A program made the translations under genes and the position numbers. Shown here in pieces: positions 18,445 through 27,716 of a stretch of 64,000 nucleotides of DNA. The notes under the pieces are model-generated. The model was not told the DNA's origin. It was given only the letters and a program-made list of their open reading frames with translations, and searched no databases. Each line of letters opens with the position of its first letter. Positions within the stretch are counted from its first letter, which is position 1. Source of the DNA: a virus. Taxonomy: Duplodnaviria; Caudoviricetes. The stretch covers positions 23,471 to 87,470 of the IMG/VR virus record IMGVR_UViG_3300017589_000168; one strand, written 5' to 3'.

Positions 18445-19377
18445 TTGACAATACTGATAACAATAGCGTTTTTACTGGCGGTAACGGGCAGCTTTATTCT
18501 GCTTTCGTTATCGCCCTTTACTTTCTTTGAAGGGCTGGCGGATTATGTCCGTCCACAGAAAACCTCAATGAAAAGTAAAATCAGAAAGAGCCGGAAGAAC
18601 AAACAGCCAAAGGGCTTAAAGCTGCTCTTTCTGGAAACAAGAGAGATTTTGCGTGTCACAGGCAAGAGCGGTATGTTTACCGCCCTTTGCATCCTGTCCA
18701 TGCTGCTGTTTGTGGTAGGGGCTATGATTGCCCTTTCTATGAAGAACGGCTATCTTGTACCGGTACTGGCGGCAGGCTTGGCGCTCCTGCCTTTTTATTA
18801 TGTGAAGCTCACGGCAGGGCGGCATAAAAAGCAGATCAACACGGAATTGGAAACCGCCTTATCCATCATCACCACCAGCTACCTAAGAGGAAAGAACACC
18901 ATCATCCGTGCCATTGAAGAAAACCAGCCTTATTTGAATCCGCCGGTAGCAGAGGTATTCCGCAACTTCCTATTGCAGGCCAAGCTGATTAACTCCAATA
19001 CCAAGGAAGCTTTGGAGGGATTAAAGGTTGGGATTGACAACAGTGTCTTTCACGAATGGGTGGATGCGGTCATTGCGTGTCAGGACGATTACAACCTGAA
19101 AACAATCCTGCCGCCCATCGTTGCCAAGCTGTCGGATATGCGTGTGGTGTCGGCAGAGCTTGACCTTCTTTTGTTTGAGCCGGTCAAGGAATACATCACC
19201 ATGGTGGTGCTTCTGCTTGGCAGTATTCCACTCATGTACTTTCTCAATCGGGACTGGTATCATACCCTGATGTTCACCGAGTTTGGAAAGGTGCTGCTGG
19301 CAATCTGCGCCGGAGTGATTTTCCTGTCGGTGGCCGCCGTCGCCAAGCATACCCGCCCCATTGAATATAAGCGTTAG
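18445..19377 (+). CDS. tadB: TadB-like pilus platform membrane protein
   Basis: T2SSF-like domain (QINTELETALSIITTSYLRG) with flanking TM helices; downstream of cpaF. Confidence 0.75.
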   Translation: MTILITIAFLLAVTGSFILLSLSPFTFFEGLADYVRPQKTSMKSKIRKSRKNKQPKGLKLLFLETREILRVTGKSGMFTALCILSMLLFVVGAMIALSMKNGYLVPVLAAGLALLPFYYVKLTAGRHKKQINTELETALSIITTSYLRGKNTIIRAIEENQPYLNPPVAEVFRNFLLQAKLINSNTKEALEGLKVGIDNSVFHEWVDAVIACQDDYNLKTILPPIVAKLSDMRVVSAELDLLLFEPVKEYITMVVLLLGSIPLMYFLNRDWYHTLMFTEFGKVLLAICAGVIFLSVAAVAKHTRPIEYKR

Positions 19378-19391
19378 GAGGTGCTTTCACT

Positions 19392-20267
19392 ATGCAGAAT
19401 ATGATTCTACTTTTCTTTGCCCTGTTTTTCACAGCAGGGCTTTATCTGATTTCGGCAGAGCTGCTGAACGTACCGACCTATAAGGCGACCAAGGCAATTC
19501 TTGGAATGGGAAAACGGGAACGAAAAAAGGCACGGGACTCGGACGCCTTTATCATGGAGCTGGCGGCAAGGCTTTCCAAGGTTCTGCCCATGGACGAATA
19601 CAGAAAACGCAAGCTCACGGCAGTGTTAAAGTCTGCGGAAATCCCCATGACTGCCGAAGTATATGCGGCACAGTCCATGGTAAAAGCCGGTCTGATCTTT
19701 GCAGGGGTATTTCCCTGCCTGTTGCTTGCTCCCATCCTTTCCCCGGTGTTTGTGATTATCGGCATTGCGGTGTATTTTACAGAAAGCACCAAAGCGGAAA
19801 AGCTCATTACCGTAAGGCGGCAGGAGATTGAATACGAATTGCCCCGCTTTGTTGCGACGCTGGTACAGGAACTGAAAGCAACCCGTGATGTACTTTCCAT
19901 TTTGGAAAGCTATCAGAAAAATGCTGGGAAAGCTCTGAAAAATGAGCTTGCCATCACCACCTCGGATATGCGTACCGGCAACTATGAGGGAGCGCTGACA
20001 CGCTTTGAGGCCAGAGTATCCAGCGCCATGCTATCAGATGTGGTGAGGGGGCTGATCGGCGTGCTCCGGGGGGACGATGGCGTTACCTTCTTCCAAATGT
20101 TATCCCATGACATGAAGCAGCTCGAATTACAGAGATTAAAAAGGCTGGCTATGGAACGCCCGCCCAAAATCCGCAAGTTTTCCTTTCTACTCCTTGGCTG
20201 TATGCTGCTCCTGTATATGGGCGTTATGGGCTATCAGATTCTCGGCGCTATGTCGGGAATGTTCTAA
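19392..20267 (+). CDS. tadC: TadC-like pilus platform membrane protein
   Basis: Second T2SSF-like protein (ELPRF...EGALTRFEARV) adjacent to tadB. Confidence 0.75.
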   Translation: MQNMILLFFALFFTAGLYLISAELLNVPTYKATKAILGMGKRERKKARDSDAFIMELAARLSKVLPMDEYRKRKLTAVLKSAEIPMTAEVYAAQSMVKAGLIFAGVFPCLLLAPILSPVFVIIGIAVYFTESTKAEKLITVRRQEIEYELPRFVATLVQELKATRDVLSILESYQKNAGKALKNELAITTSDMRTGNYEGALTRFEARVSSAMLSDVVRGLIGVLRGDDGVTFFQMLSHDMKQLELQRLKRLAMERPPKIRKFSFLLLGCMLLLYMGVMGYQILGAMSGMF

Positions 20268-20279
20268 GGGGGTGCAACT

Positions 20280-20681
20280 ATGCTGAAAAAGATACTGAAA
20301 GGAAAGCGCGGCGAAGGCTACATTGATGTTGCGGTGGGCATCCTCTGCCTGCTGCTGGTGGTGGCCTTTGCGGTGCAGCTATTCCCTGTGTTTACCGCCA
20401 AACAGCAGCTTGACATTTTTGCTGTGGAGATTGTGCGGGAGGCTGAAATCAAGGGCAGCACCAATGTGGATTCCCGGATTACCGATATGCGGGAGCAGAC
20501 CGGGCTTAACCCAACCATCCGCTGGGACTGTGATTATTACAGCGGGAAAAAGATACAGCTAAACGGTGATATTGAGGTTTTGCTGACGGACACGGTAGAC
20601 ATCGGGTTTTTCGTCTTTGGTTCCTTTCCCATTGAAATACAGGCCAAGGCAACGGGAAAGTCCGAAGTCTATTATAAGTGA
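20280..20681 (+). CDS. Minor pilin / TadE-like (DUF4320-like)
   Basis: Prepilin site KRG/EGYIDVAVGILCLLLVV. Confidence 0.7.
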   Translation: MLKKILKGKRGEGYIDVAVGILCLLLVVAFAVQLFPVFTAKQQLDIFAVEIVREAEIKGSTNVDSRITDMREQTGLNPTIRWDCDYYSGKKIQLNGDIEVLLTDTVDIGFFVFGSFPIEIQAKATGKSEVYYK

Positions 20682-20690
20682 GGTGATGCC

Positions 20691-21227
20691 ATGAAATTGT
20701 TTAAGATAATGAAAGACAGGCGAGGTAATTCCACACCTCTTACCATTGCCCTGATTTTAGGGCTTCTGCTTCTGATCTGTGCCCTTTCCGAGTTCTTCAG
20801 GCTGGGCATTATTGTGAGCGGTGTCCGTGACGGACTCCAGCAGGCGGTGATTACCGTGGCAACCACCAATTACGATGAAGCCTATAACGGTCTGCGGGAA
20901 GGGTATTCCGGGGGGTATATCCTGTCCGGCGAAAGCTGGCAGGAGAACCTTGATTATGACGATGTATATTACCGGCTCGACAATCTGCTGGGAACTGCGG
21001 AAGTCGGAGGGTATCACATCAAAGAGGACAAGGGCGGCTATGAGTACCGCCTTTCCGGGCTTTCGGTGGATATTGCAAACGCACCCCTGACGCCGGGCGG
21101 TGCGGGGCATAATTTAGAAGCTGACGCCCGCATTACCATTGAAATCCCCTTGTCCTTTGGCTGGGATAGACTCCCGCCGCTTACCATGGAGATACGCACA
21201 AAATCAACCTATATGCCTAAGTTCTGA
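20691..21227 (+). CDS. Minor pilin / TadE-G-like protein
   Basis: Prepilin-like site RRG/NSTPLTIALILGLLLLI. Confidence 0.65.
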   Translation: MKLFKIMKDRRGNSTPLTIALILGLLLLICALSEFFRLGIIVSGVRDGLQQAVITVATTNYDEAYNGLREGYSGGYILSGESWQENLDYDDVYYRLDNLLGTAEVGGYHIKEDKGGYEYRLSGLSVDIANAPLTPGGAGHNLEADARITIEIPLSFGWDRLPPLTMEIRTKSTYMPKF

Positions 21228-21258
21228 GTCTGCACAAATCACCGACACTCCATCAAAA

Positions 21259-21291
21259 TGTCTGGACGCGCAGGAAGATTCAGGATATAAT
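21259..21291 (+). promoter_or_regulatory. Promoter TGGACG-17-TATAAT (motif copy 1)
   Basis: TGTCTGGACGC at 21259, TATAAT at 21286; the same motif recurs at 50437. Confidence 0.65.
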
Positions 21292-21364
21292 GGAGTCGGG
21301 TAAACTAAGTGAAATGGGTATATAGGCTTAAACCTTCATTTAACATGAAAGTGAGGCCATCATT

Positions 21365-21907
21365 ATGAAAAAAGAATATACAACAAAGAAAAAAGCGGTC
21401 ATTGCCGCATTGTCCCTTGTGGCAGTCTGCCTTGCAGGAGGACTTTTCTATTATATTGGCACGATGGGCGGACAGCCGCAGGAAACGCCTGTTGAAAGCA
21501 CGGCTCCTGTGGAAACACAGGTCGTTGTGTCGGAGATCAAGCCGGAGACAACGCCGAAAACAGATAGTGGCACATCAGAGGCTACCCCATCAGAAGCCCC
21601 GGCAGAACCATTGCAGGAACCTTCTGCGCCTGCCAGCAGTGATACACAGGACACGACACAAAGCAAGCCCTCTGATGGTAAGCCGAAATCTCCGACAGAA
21701 GCCACTCCCCCCGCCAAGCCCCCTGCTGAAACAAACCAAGGCTCCGAAAATAGCTCGAATAGCAAGCAGGAGCAGCCGCAGGCAGGTGAAAAGCGTTCGG
21801 ATGGAAAGGTGTACTTTCCGGGCTTTGGATGGGTGGAAGATGAGGGCGAAAACTCTCAAGGGACTGCCCCCAATGCCGGAACCGGCGAAGCGGTTGGGGA
21901 TATGTAA
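21365..21907 (+). CDS. Membrane-anchored low-complexity Pro/Thr/Ser-rich protein (DUF6550-like)
   Basis: N-terminal TM, PEST-rich linker, C-terminal KVYFPGFGWVE motif. Confidence 0.65.
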   Translation: MKKEYTTKKKAVIAALSLVAVCLAGGLFYYIGTMGGQPQETPVESTAPVETQVVVSEIKPETTPKTDSGTSEATPSEAPAEPLQEPSAPASSDTQDTTQSKPSDGKPKSPTEATPPAKPPAETNQGSENSSNSKQEQPQAGEKRSDGKVYFPGFGWVEDEGENSQGTAPNAGTGEAVGDM

Positions 21908-21925
21908 AACAGAATAATCTTTCCG

Positions 21926-21961
21926 ATGGGATACAGTCATACACGGCTGTATCCCATTTTT
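21926..21961 (+). terminator. Intrinsic terminator
   Basis: ATGGGATACAG / CTGTATCCCAT stem followed by TTTT. Confidence 0.75.
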
Positions 21962-21972
21962 CATTTTCGGAG

Positions 21973-23658
21973 GTGATAAAATTGAAGAAACTAATCTGTG
22001 CATTGCTTTTATGGGCAATGCTTTTTTCTTTGCCTGTGCCTGCTTTTGCCGCCGATTCAAACATTGACGGCGGTGGCGGCGGTATGAATCAAGGCACTGC
22101 ACAAAACTCATGGACACCGGGGCGTGACGGAGTGCGGATTACAGTTATCCGTGACAGTGACAATATGCCAGTATCCACTCCCATTGATTTTGCAAACGGC
22201 TCAAATGGCGATATTTCTTTTCACTTTGGAACCGTAAGCAAAATATCATACCGCTCTAATGGGCTAACTCCCCATATGGGAAATTACTATTCTATAAAGC
22301 CAGCCAATACCATGCCCCGGATTGTCAGTTCCAACGGCTCCAGTAATATTGCGGCAATCCGAAGCTATTTCTGCCGTGAGGGAACGATTCGTGACATTGC
22401 CAATGCCACGGGTATGGATTACGATACCTTGATAAATGGCAAGTACAAGATTTTATTGGAACCGATAGCGTATTTCAAATACAACAGCGTCATGTTTGCT
22501 ATGACAGCCACGGAAGCTGCTTTATACAACAAACAGGTAGGAAACGGTCTGCGGAGCAAGATGGTATCTCTATCCCACAAGAACTTACCGCTTTCCATGT
22601 TCCTTGAAACTCCTGATTTGGGTTTTGCCGCATGGAGCGGCTCCACAACCATGGCGCAGAGCGACGAAACCATTATCACATATTTGGGAATGGGTATTAT
22701 CCGCTTTTCAGAACCTGACCCCGAACCGCCCAAGGAAAGTAATGTGACCTACCGCTGCGATACGGAGGTCATCACAGCCGTTACGCTTACAACCGGCTCA
22801 CAGAAAACGCCGGATAATCCGGCATATGCACGGTTTTCCATCAATGGAAAGACCTATTCCCACAGCGGTATCTATATCCCGGAGGGAGGTTCGCAGCTTG
22901 CATGGGTCAAATGGCGCACCCCGAAAGAACCGGGCTATATTACCATCACCGTTGCCAGCAACTGTTCCGTGAGCAGCAGTGAGATTGTGGCGCAGATTGT
23001 AAACCTTGATAAAAACCCGCCGCCCGACCCGCAGGCCAATGACCGCAACGATGGATTTTCCATTCCAGCCAAACCTGTCAAACCGAATGTGACCTCCCTG
23101 ACATGGGGCGAATGGGACTGCTGGTGGCATGAATATTGGGTCTGGCACAGCGGTGACGAGGATGAGGACGGCTGGTGGGAGGACTGCGGCTGGTGGGAAT
23201 ATGCCTGGCTCTCCTACTCCGCAAGCCTGACGGCGGAGCTGCGTACCAAGCCGGATGAAAAGTCGCCCACGGCTTCCGGCAAAATAATGAAAAGCGGATA
23301 CGGTTTAAATGCGGATGGATCGGCACAGGTTCGTTCCTCCGCACCCAGCAGTCACATTACAGGGGTGCAAAACGTGGTGGCTTATTTTCCCGAATTTAAT
23401 TACTCCACCTACTGGCGGCTCTTGAAGCGGCTTAACACCGGCTATTCCAGCACCTTTGCCTTTCAGAAAAACAAATACAGCACCTATGGGCAATCCTGCC
23501 ACTTTTCGCCGGTGTGGTTCCCGGATGGGCGGTACACGACCTATGCGGAATATCTTGACGCATGGACGCCTGCCGGTATGCTTCAAATCAATCTGACGGA
23601 CGATTTGACCATTCGTGGATCACTTTTTGACGATTGGCATATCCGTCCGCTCAAGTGA
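21973..23658 (+). CDS. Secreted conserved hypothetical ICE protein
   Basis: Signal peptide ending AFAA; 561 aa; Trp/acid-rich internal segment. Confidence 0.75.
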   Translation: MIKLKKLICALLLWAMLFSLPVPAFAADSNIDGGGGGMNQGTAQNSWTPGRDGVRITVIRDSDNMPVSTPIDFANGSNGDISFHFGTVSKISYRSNGLTPHMGNYYSIKPANTMPRIVSSNGSSNIAAIRSYFCREGTIRDIANATGMDYDTLINGKYKILLEPIAYFKYNSVMFAMTATEAALYNKQVGNGLRSKMVSLSHKNLPLSMFLETPDLGFAAWSGSTTMAQSDETIITYLGMGIIRFSEPDPEPPKESNVTYRCDTEVITAVTLTTGSQKTPDNPAYARFSINGKTYSHSGIYIPEGGSQLAWVKWRTPKEPGYITITVASNCSVSSSEIVAQIVNLDKNPPPDPQANDRNDGFSIPAKPVKPNVTSLTWGEWDCWWHEYWVWHSGDEDEDGWWEDCGWWEYAWLSYSASLTAELRTKPDEKSPTASGKIMKSGYGLNADGSAQVRSSAPSSHITGVQNVVAYFPEFNYSTYWRLLKRLNTGYSSTFAFQKNKYSTYGQSCHFSPVWFPDGRYTTYAEYLDAWTPAGMLQINLTDDLTIRGSLFDDWHIRPLK

Positions 23659-23666
23659 GGTGGCTT

Positions 23667-24311
23667 ATGGGAAACCGAGCAATTTACATCATTCGGGAGG
23701 GCGGAGAAAACAACTTCTTTTCCGTATATCACGGAGCAAATGCCCTGTCACCGCTTCTGCGGATGTTTCAGGCACAGCAGCTTCAGGAAACCTTTTCACA
23801 GCCACAGTCCATCAGCCATATTTTTGAACACTTGGATTATGAGGGAGTCTACCAAAATCCTCGGCTGGAGGATTCAGATATGTTCTGCGCACGCATCCCT
23901 CCGGCAGAAATGCCGGAATACAACAAGGCTTATGCACAGCGCAGCGAGTTTCAAATGCGGATGGTATTTGACCTCGATAAGAACGATTTTATGATGGAGT
24001 ATAACCCCAACTGCCCATGGTATCGCACCATGGGCAGTTTCTCCATTAACCTCGATGTGGGGCTGGAAAACGTACAAAAGCTCCTTGCTCATGCCGAGCA
24101 GAGAGGCATTACCGATTTTGGCAGGCTGCTTACCATCTATCATCGCAGCACCGGTCTTGAAGATAAGCTGGAATCTGCCCGTGGATATATGCGTTTTGAG
24201 GAATATTTGGAATCTCCGCAGGCACAGGAGGATAGAGAACGCTACCGGCGGCTGCTCGATCACCAGGAGGAGTTGGACGAAGAAACCGCTGAAGAAATGG
24301 AGGAACGATAA
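23667..24311 (+). CDS. Hypothetical protein
   Basis: GAGGTGG RBS then ATG at 23667; abuts the next gene. Confidence 0.65.
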   Translation: MGNRAIYIIREGGENNFFSVYHGANALSPLLRMFQAQQLQETFSQPQSISHIFEHLDYEGVYQNPRLEDSDMFCARIPPAEMPEYNKAYAQRSEFQMRMVFDLDKNDFMMEYNPNCPWYRTMGSFSINLDVGLENVQKLLAHAEQRGITDFGRLLTIYHRSTGLEDKLESARGYMRFEEYLESPQAQEDRERYRRLLDHQEELDEETAEEMEER

Positions 24312-25007
24312 ATGCAGGGACTTTTATTCCCGATTATTATGCTGGCCGTCACCCTTGTGGGTGGCGGCCTTTTGCTTTTGTTTTTGAAAACGGCTAAGAA
24401 ACGGCCGGTATCAGACGAAGCCACCATATCCATGCAGACCGCACAGCAGTTTATCAATGTGCGGGATGTAAAAGACAAATACCTATATACCAAAGATGGG
24501 TTGGTTCTGATTTTTCTGCGTATCCACTCAATCAGCATTGATCTATTCAGCAAAGCTGAAAAAAGTGTCTTGATTCGGCAGCTTACCGCAGAGCTGTCCG
24601 ATATTCAGTACCCCTTTAAGTTTATGGGGGTCAGCAGGCCCGTGGATATTTCTCCCCTGATCGCTGATATGCAGGGAATGCTTAAAACCGCCGATGACCG
24701 GCGCAAGGAGCTGTTGCGGCAGGAGATTTTGCAGATGAGCAGCTACGCCCTGTCCGGCGAAATCGTGGAGCGTCAGTTTTATATCTCCATGTGGGATCGG
24801 TGCGAGGACGGCGTGGAAAAGGACTTATTTAAGCGGGCATCCCTTCTAGCAGAGAAGTTTACCACCAATGGAATTGGCTGCGATGTACTGGCAGAAAAGG
24901 AGATTGTACGGCTTTTGAACCTCGTAAACAATCCGTCCTACACCCATCTGGAGGATACGGAGTTTGAGGCCAGTATCCCTATGTTAAAGGAGGACATTTA
25001 TGCCTAA
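24312..25007 (+). CDS. Conjugation protein resembling a separated VirB4 N-terminal domain
   Basis: N-terminal TM, AQQFINVRDV...SIDL...RPVDIS...ERQFY motifs; overlaps the virB4 start. Confidence 0.65.
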   Translation: MQGLLFPIIMLAVTLVGGGLLLLFLKTAKKRPVSDEATISMQTAQQFINVRDVKDKYLYTKDGLVLIFLRIHSISIDLFSKAEKSVLIRQLTAELSDIQYPFKFMGVSRPVDISPLIADMQGMLKTADDRRKELLRQEILQMSSYALSGEIVERQFYISMWDRCEDGVEKDLFKRASLLAEKFTTNGIGCDVLAEKEIVRLLNLVNNPSYTHLEDTEFEASIPMLKEDIYA

Positions 25008-26838
25008 AAAACAAGCCGTTCAAGAGCGCCATATTACGAATACAGCTTTGCTCAATGTCATTACCCCCATGGGGCTGGAATTTACGAAAAACAGCCTTTC
25101 CGTGGGAGAAAACTTCGGTAAGATTTACGGACTGATTCGCTATCCCCAAAAAGTAGAAACAGAATGGCTGTCCAAAATCACGAATATACCGTCCACCATT
25201 GTATCTATTGGCTTTAAGCCGGTGGATAATGCAACCTTAATTAACGCCATTTCCCGAAGTGTGGTTCAGCAGCGCGGTTTTGCCGAGGGTGCAAAAGACC
25301 CTCTGACCCGTCAACGTGCGGAGAAAGCGGCCGAGGACGGCGAGAAGATCATCATGCAGATTGACCGTGAGGGTGAAACCGTAGGGCTTATGAATGTGTC
25401 GGTCATGCCCATTGCCAAGGATGAGCGCACCTTCAAAAAGGTCTGCCGCCGTGCGGAAAGCATGATAAGTGTCTTGAAGTGCAAAATGCGTGTCATTCCC
25501 AATCTGCAAAAAGAGTGTTTTCAGCACATCTCACCATCCTTTCCGTCTGACGGTAAGATAGAAAGCATCCTGCAAAAAATCGTTCCCCTGTCTACCTTTG
25601 TGGGTGGCTTTCCTTTTGCCAGTTCCGGCTTTAATGACGGTGAGGGCTATTATTTTGCACAGGATGCAAGCGGAAGCCTTGTTATTGTGGACATATGGAA
25701 ACGCGGAAGTGACCGCACCAACAGCAATTTTGTCATCATGGGCAATTCCGGCGTAGGCAAATCCACCGCTATCAAGCATATCATCCTGTCCGAGTACATG
25801 AAAGGCACCAAAATCCTTGTGGTAGACCCGGAATCCGAATATAAAGATCTTTGCTTTAACCTTGGCCTTGGAAGTGGCTGGATCAATGCCGTAGGAGGTT
25901 CCGCAGGCAGGATTAACCCCTTGCAGGTCCGGCCATCTCCCCGTGATGATGAGCAGGAAAAAGAACCCGACCGCCTGTACCGTGACGAGGGCTACGGCAT
26001 GAACGACCTGGCTCTGCATATGAAAAACCTTGAAATCTTTTTCAGCCTGTATATTCCGTCCCTAACGGATATGCAGAAAGCGGTATTGAAGAAAAGCCTT
26101 GTGGAGCTATACAGAAAGTTCCATATCACATGGGATACCGACATTACCGCTTTGAAGCCGGAGGATTTCCCGATTTTCTCCGACCTTTATACGCTCGTTC
26201 AGGAAAAAGCGGATACCGAGCAGGACAGGCAGGCATATGCCGACCTGTCTTTGCTTCTGTATGATATTGCCGAGGGTGCGGATAGCTTTATCTGGAACGG
26301 TCACAGCACCATTGTCAGTGACAGCCCCTTTATTTGCCTTGATACCAATGCCTTGCAGGAAACCAGCGACAGTATCAAACGGACACAGTATTTCAATATT
26401 CTTACCTATTGCTGGGAGCAGATGAGCCGGAACCGTGACGAGAGAGTGCTGCTCATTTGTGATGAAGCGTATCTGATGATTGACCAAAAGGTGCCGCAAT
26501 CCCTTGTCTATCTGCGAAATGCGATGAAGCGGGCAAGAAAATATGAGGCTGCGCTGGGGATCATCTCCCACAGCGTGATTGACTTTCTTTCGGAAAGCAT
26601 TAGGCAGTATGGGCAGGCTCTGCTGGATGTACCTTGCTACAAGCTCCTGATGGGAACGGATGGCCCCAACTTAAAAGAAACCGCCAAGCTCTACGATCTG
26701 ACGGAAGCGGAGCAGGAGCTTTTGCTGGCAAGAAAGCGAGGTCATGCCCTATTTATGGTGGGGGCAAAGCGGCTGCATATCAACTTTGAAATCCCGGATT
26801 ACAAGATGATGTATATGGGAAAAGCGGGAGGAAGATAA
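25000..26838 (+). CDS. virB4: VirB4-family conjugation ATPase
   Basis: Walker A GNSGVGKS, VVDPESEY, INPL, Walker B LICDEAY, KRARKY. Confidence 0.93.
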   Translation: MPKKQAVQERHITNTALLNVITPMGLEFTKNSLSVGENFGKIYGLIRYPQKVETEWLSKITNIPSTIVSIGFKPVDNATLINAISRSVVQQRGFAEGAKDPLTRQRAEKAAEDGEKIIMQIDREGETVGLMNVSVMPIAKDERTFKKVCRRAESMISVLKCKMRVIPNLQKECFQHISPSFPSDGKIESILQKIVPLSTFVGGFPFASSGFNDGEGYYFAQDASGSLVIVDIWKRGSDRTNSNFVIMGNSGVGKSTAIKHIILSEYMKGTKILVVDPESEYKDLCFNLGLGSGWINAVGGSAGRINPLQVRPSPRDDEQEKEPDRLYRDEGYGMNDLALHMKNLEIFFSLYIPSLTDMQKAVLKKSLVELYRKFHITWDTDITALKPEDFPIFSDLYTLVQEKADTEQDRQAYADLSLLLYDIAEGADSFIWNGHSTIVSDSPFICLDTNALQETSDSIKRTQYFNILTYCWEQMSRNRDERVLLICDEAYLMIDQKVPQSLVYLRNAMKRARKYEAALGIISHSVIDFLSESIRQYGQALLDVPCYKLLMGTDGPNLKETAKLYDLTEAEQELLLARKRGHALFMVGAKRLHINFEIPDYKMMYMGKAGGR

Positions 26839-26876
26839 AGGGAAGCCCACTTTATCCACACAACAGGAGGTGTTCC

Positions 26877-27701
26877 ATGGCAGTAGACCCGATTACCGCC
26901 AAAATACTGGCACAACTGGCGGCACAGGCCGTAACCGATGAGCAGGCGCGAAAGCGCCTGCTCTGTATTATTTTAGCGCCAATCATTGCCCTGCTTTTGC
27001 TGATTTCCCTGATTCTCTATATCCTGACCAGCCCGTTATCCATATTCGCAGAGTGGGCAATGGGTGATGAATTGGACGCCATGAAAGATTTACAGATCAA
27101 TTACGGATACAATCAGACCCTTGGCATTTATGAGCAGGATTACATTGATGGGAGTGGACAGAACTATGACGGCGTGGTGTTTACGGACGGGGGCATGGAG
27201 GTTGTCTACTACAACCAGCTTGATGAACGCTGGGCGAATGTCATGTATGGGCAGTCCAGTACCATCGGAGAGGCAGGCTGTGGCCCCACCTCCATGTCCA
27301 TTGTCATATCTACCCTGACCGGCACAGCGCACGACCCCATAGAGCTTTCCAAATGGTCTGTAAAAAACGGACACCGCTGTGAGGGGAACGGTTCTTATCA
27401 CAGCTTGATACCGGCTGCGGCTGAAAGCTATGGATTATCCTGCAAGGGGGATTTATCCGCACAGGATATTGTGGATGCCTTATCAAGCGGAAAGCTGGTG
27501 GTTGCCATTATGAGCAAAGGTCATTTTACGACCAGTGGACATTTTATTGTCCTGCGTGGTGTTACCAGCGAGGGGAAAATCCTTGTAGCCGACCCCGCCA
27601 GCCACAAACGCAGCCAGCAGGAATGGGATCTGTCGCTGATTATGAATGAGGCACGGAAAGGTGCTGCCGCAGGCGGTCCTTTTTGGGCAATAGGAAACTA
27701 A
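26877..27701 (+). CDS. C39-like peptidase in the VirB1/cell-wall hydrolase position
   Basis: YYNQLDERW, GCGPTSMSIV (catalytic Cys), GHFIVL (His), ADP; N-terminal TM. Confidence 0.8.
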   Translation: MAVDPITAKILAQLAAQAVTDEQARKRLLCIILAPIIALLLLISLILYILTSPLSIFAEWAMGDELDAMKDLQINYGYNQTLGIYEQDYIDGSGQNYDGVVFTDGGMEVVYYNQLDERWANVMYGQSSTIGEAGCGPTSMSIVISTLTGTAHDPIELSKWSVKNGHRCEGNGSYHSLIPAAAESYGLSCKGDLSAQDIVDALSSGKLVVAIMSKGHFTTSGHFIVLRGVTSEGKILVADPASHKRSQQEWDLSLIMNEARKGAAAGGPFWAIGN

Positions 27702-27716
27702 CAGGAGGGAAACGAC

